64,000 bases of DNA from Octopus sinensis (taxonomy: Eukaryota): positions 26,412,001 through 26,476,000 of the forward strand of contig NC_043009.1 of assembly GCF_006345805.1 (NCBI RefSeq), in the 5' to 3' direction. The first letter of the stretch is position 1. Every line of letters starts with the position of its first letter. The notes under the pieces were generated by a model that saw nothing but the letters and a program-made list of their open reading frames with translations, did not search any database and was not told where the DNA came from. Positions 62,767 through 64,000 of this stretch are shown one piece after another. Made by a program: the position numbers and the translations under genes.

Positions 62767-63110
62767 GAAGGACACACATACACACACAAAAATATGAAAG
62801 GCAAAGCTGGCACTGGTGGGATTTGAACTCAGAGCACAGAGAAGCAGAACAAATAATACCCTAAGGCACTTTAAAATCAAATGCTCTCATAGTGCTTAGT
62901 CAAGAAGTTGTCTATAGTGAGTTGAGAGCATGCAAACTCTCATACATAACATGGTGATAGCTCCATCTTCTTGACTAAACACTAGGAGGGCATTAGATTT
63001 TAAAGTGCCTTAGGGTATTATTTGTTCTACATCTCTGTGCTCCGAGTTCAAATCCCACTAGTGTCAGCTTTGCCTTTCATATTTTTGTGTGTGTATGTGT
63101 GTGCTTCCTT
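62767..63110. repeat. Fold-back hairpin, arms about 145 bp (62767-62910 / 62964-63110), 53-bp loop
   Basis: aaaatatgaaaggcaaagctggcac...ataataccctaaggcactttaaaatc...cttagtcaagaag versus its reverse complement on the right. Confidence 0.88.
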
Positions 63111-63129
63111 GATGCTAATGGCATTTCTG

Positions 63130-63530
63130 ATTGCATAAGTTTTGAATTAAAATCTTCCATCAAACCTTAGTCACAATTTATGTTCTTAACACTAGCTTAA
63201 TGATAACCAAGTTATTTTATTAAATTCTTTGTTATATTTAAAATTAATTGAAAGAAAGACAAAGCATCTCAACACAAATACAGTAACAAAAGGATTAGAA
63301 TATATAATAGAGAAACAATTCTTAACCCTTTTGATACCAACCCACCTGAAACTGCCTCTGGCTTTGTTGTACAAATGTCTTGTTTTCATAAGTTTTGAAT
63401 TAAAATCTTCCACCAAACCTTAGTAACAATTTATGTTCATAACACTAGCTTAATGATAACTAAGTTATTTTACTAAATTCTTTGTTATATTTAAAATAAT
63501 TAAAAGAAACCCAGAGCATCTCAAAATAAA
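63130..63530. mobile_element. Two tandem copies of an AT-rich piggyBac-type MITE (first 5'-degenerate)
   Basis: cataagttttgaattaaaatcttcca.caaaccttagt.acaatttatgttc.taacactagc is repeated about 255 bp apart; ttaacccttt start at about 63322, gtaacaaaaggattag end of the first copy (TTAA+CCC pattern). Confidence 0.5.
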
Positions 63531-63699
63531 TACGGTAGCAATATGGTTATTCCTGTTTCAGATCAGCATAATCTGAAGCAATGGTGACTGACAAAAGTTA
63601 CAACTTCCTGAGTGCTTTCAACTGGTTAAATCTGAACACGTTGCCACTCTTCCATCACTATAACACTTTCAATAAGTGAAATGACGAATGACATCACCA

Positions 63700-63863
63700 T
63701 AAAAAGATGTTGGCGTGTTTATATCCCCGTAAATTAGCAGTTCGGCAAAAGGGTCCAAAAGAACAAGTACTAGGCTTACAAAGAATAAGTCCTGGGGCCG
63801 ATTTCTTTGACTAGAAGCAGTGCTCCAGCATGACTGCAGTCAAGATGACTGAAACAAGCAAAA

Positions 63864-63865
<2 letters not shown>
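63700..63865 (+). mobile_element. SINE family A 3' half
   Basis: ggcgtgtttatatccccgtaaattagcagttcggcaaaag...gcagtgctccagcatgactgcagtcaagatgactgaaac. Confidence 0.8.
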
Positions 63866-63929
<64 letters not shown>

Positions 63930-64000
63930 ATTATGTCATATGTAAACAAACATAAGTTTGTTTTTGAAGCATTGAAATGTATTGTATATATATATATATA

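Overview
AT-rich eukaryotic genomic DNA, most likely from an octopus. That taxon call is an inference from recalled octopod tRNA-derived SINE families and the extreme (TA)n/(CA)n/(TAA)n/(GAT)n microsatellite load; no database search was run. The only gene I can identify with confidence is the 3' end of a CCDC138 orthologue on the minus strand. It has three phase-compatible GT-AG exons (42285-42161, 40352-40162, 39932-39758), two of which are missing from the ORF track. I found no convincing further upstream exon within the window. The rest is mostly repeat. There are at least five recurrent SINE-like families (my labels A-E) and a (TAA)n-embedded family F. There is a 5'-truncated CR1-group LINE with one premature stop, Penelope-like fragments with minimal hammerhead-like motifs, a mariner relic, an R4/Dong-like relic, and hAT- and piggyBac-type MITEs. 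Almost all supplied ORFs are microsatellite artefacts. I see no clearly new biological system. The best leads are: (i) a family of minimal hammerhead motifs sharing a non-canonical core base; (ii) a shared, covarying 3' stem-loop between the CR1-group LINE and SINE family A; (iii) about eight independent fold-back/inverted duplications, several in the presumed CCDC138 intron; (iv) a shift in repeat CpG decay at about 28-33 kb and orphan exon candidates, one with an in-frame TGA, hinting at a second unannotated gene. Repeat boundaries are approximate (+/- 10-20 bp).
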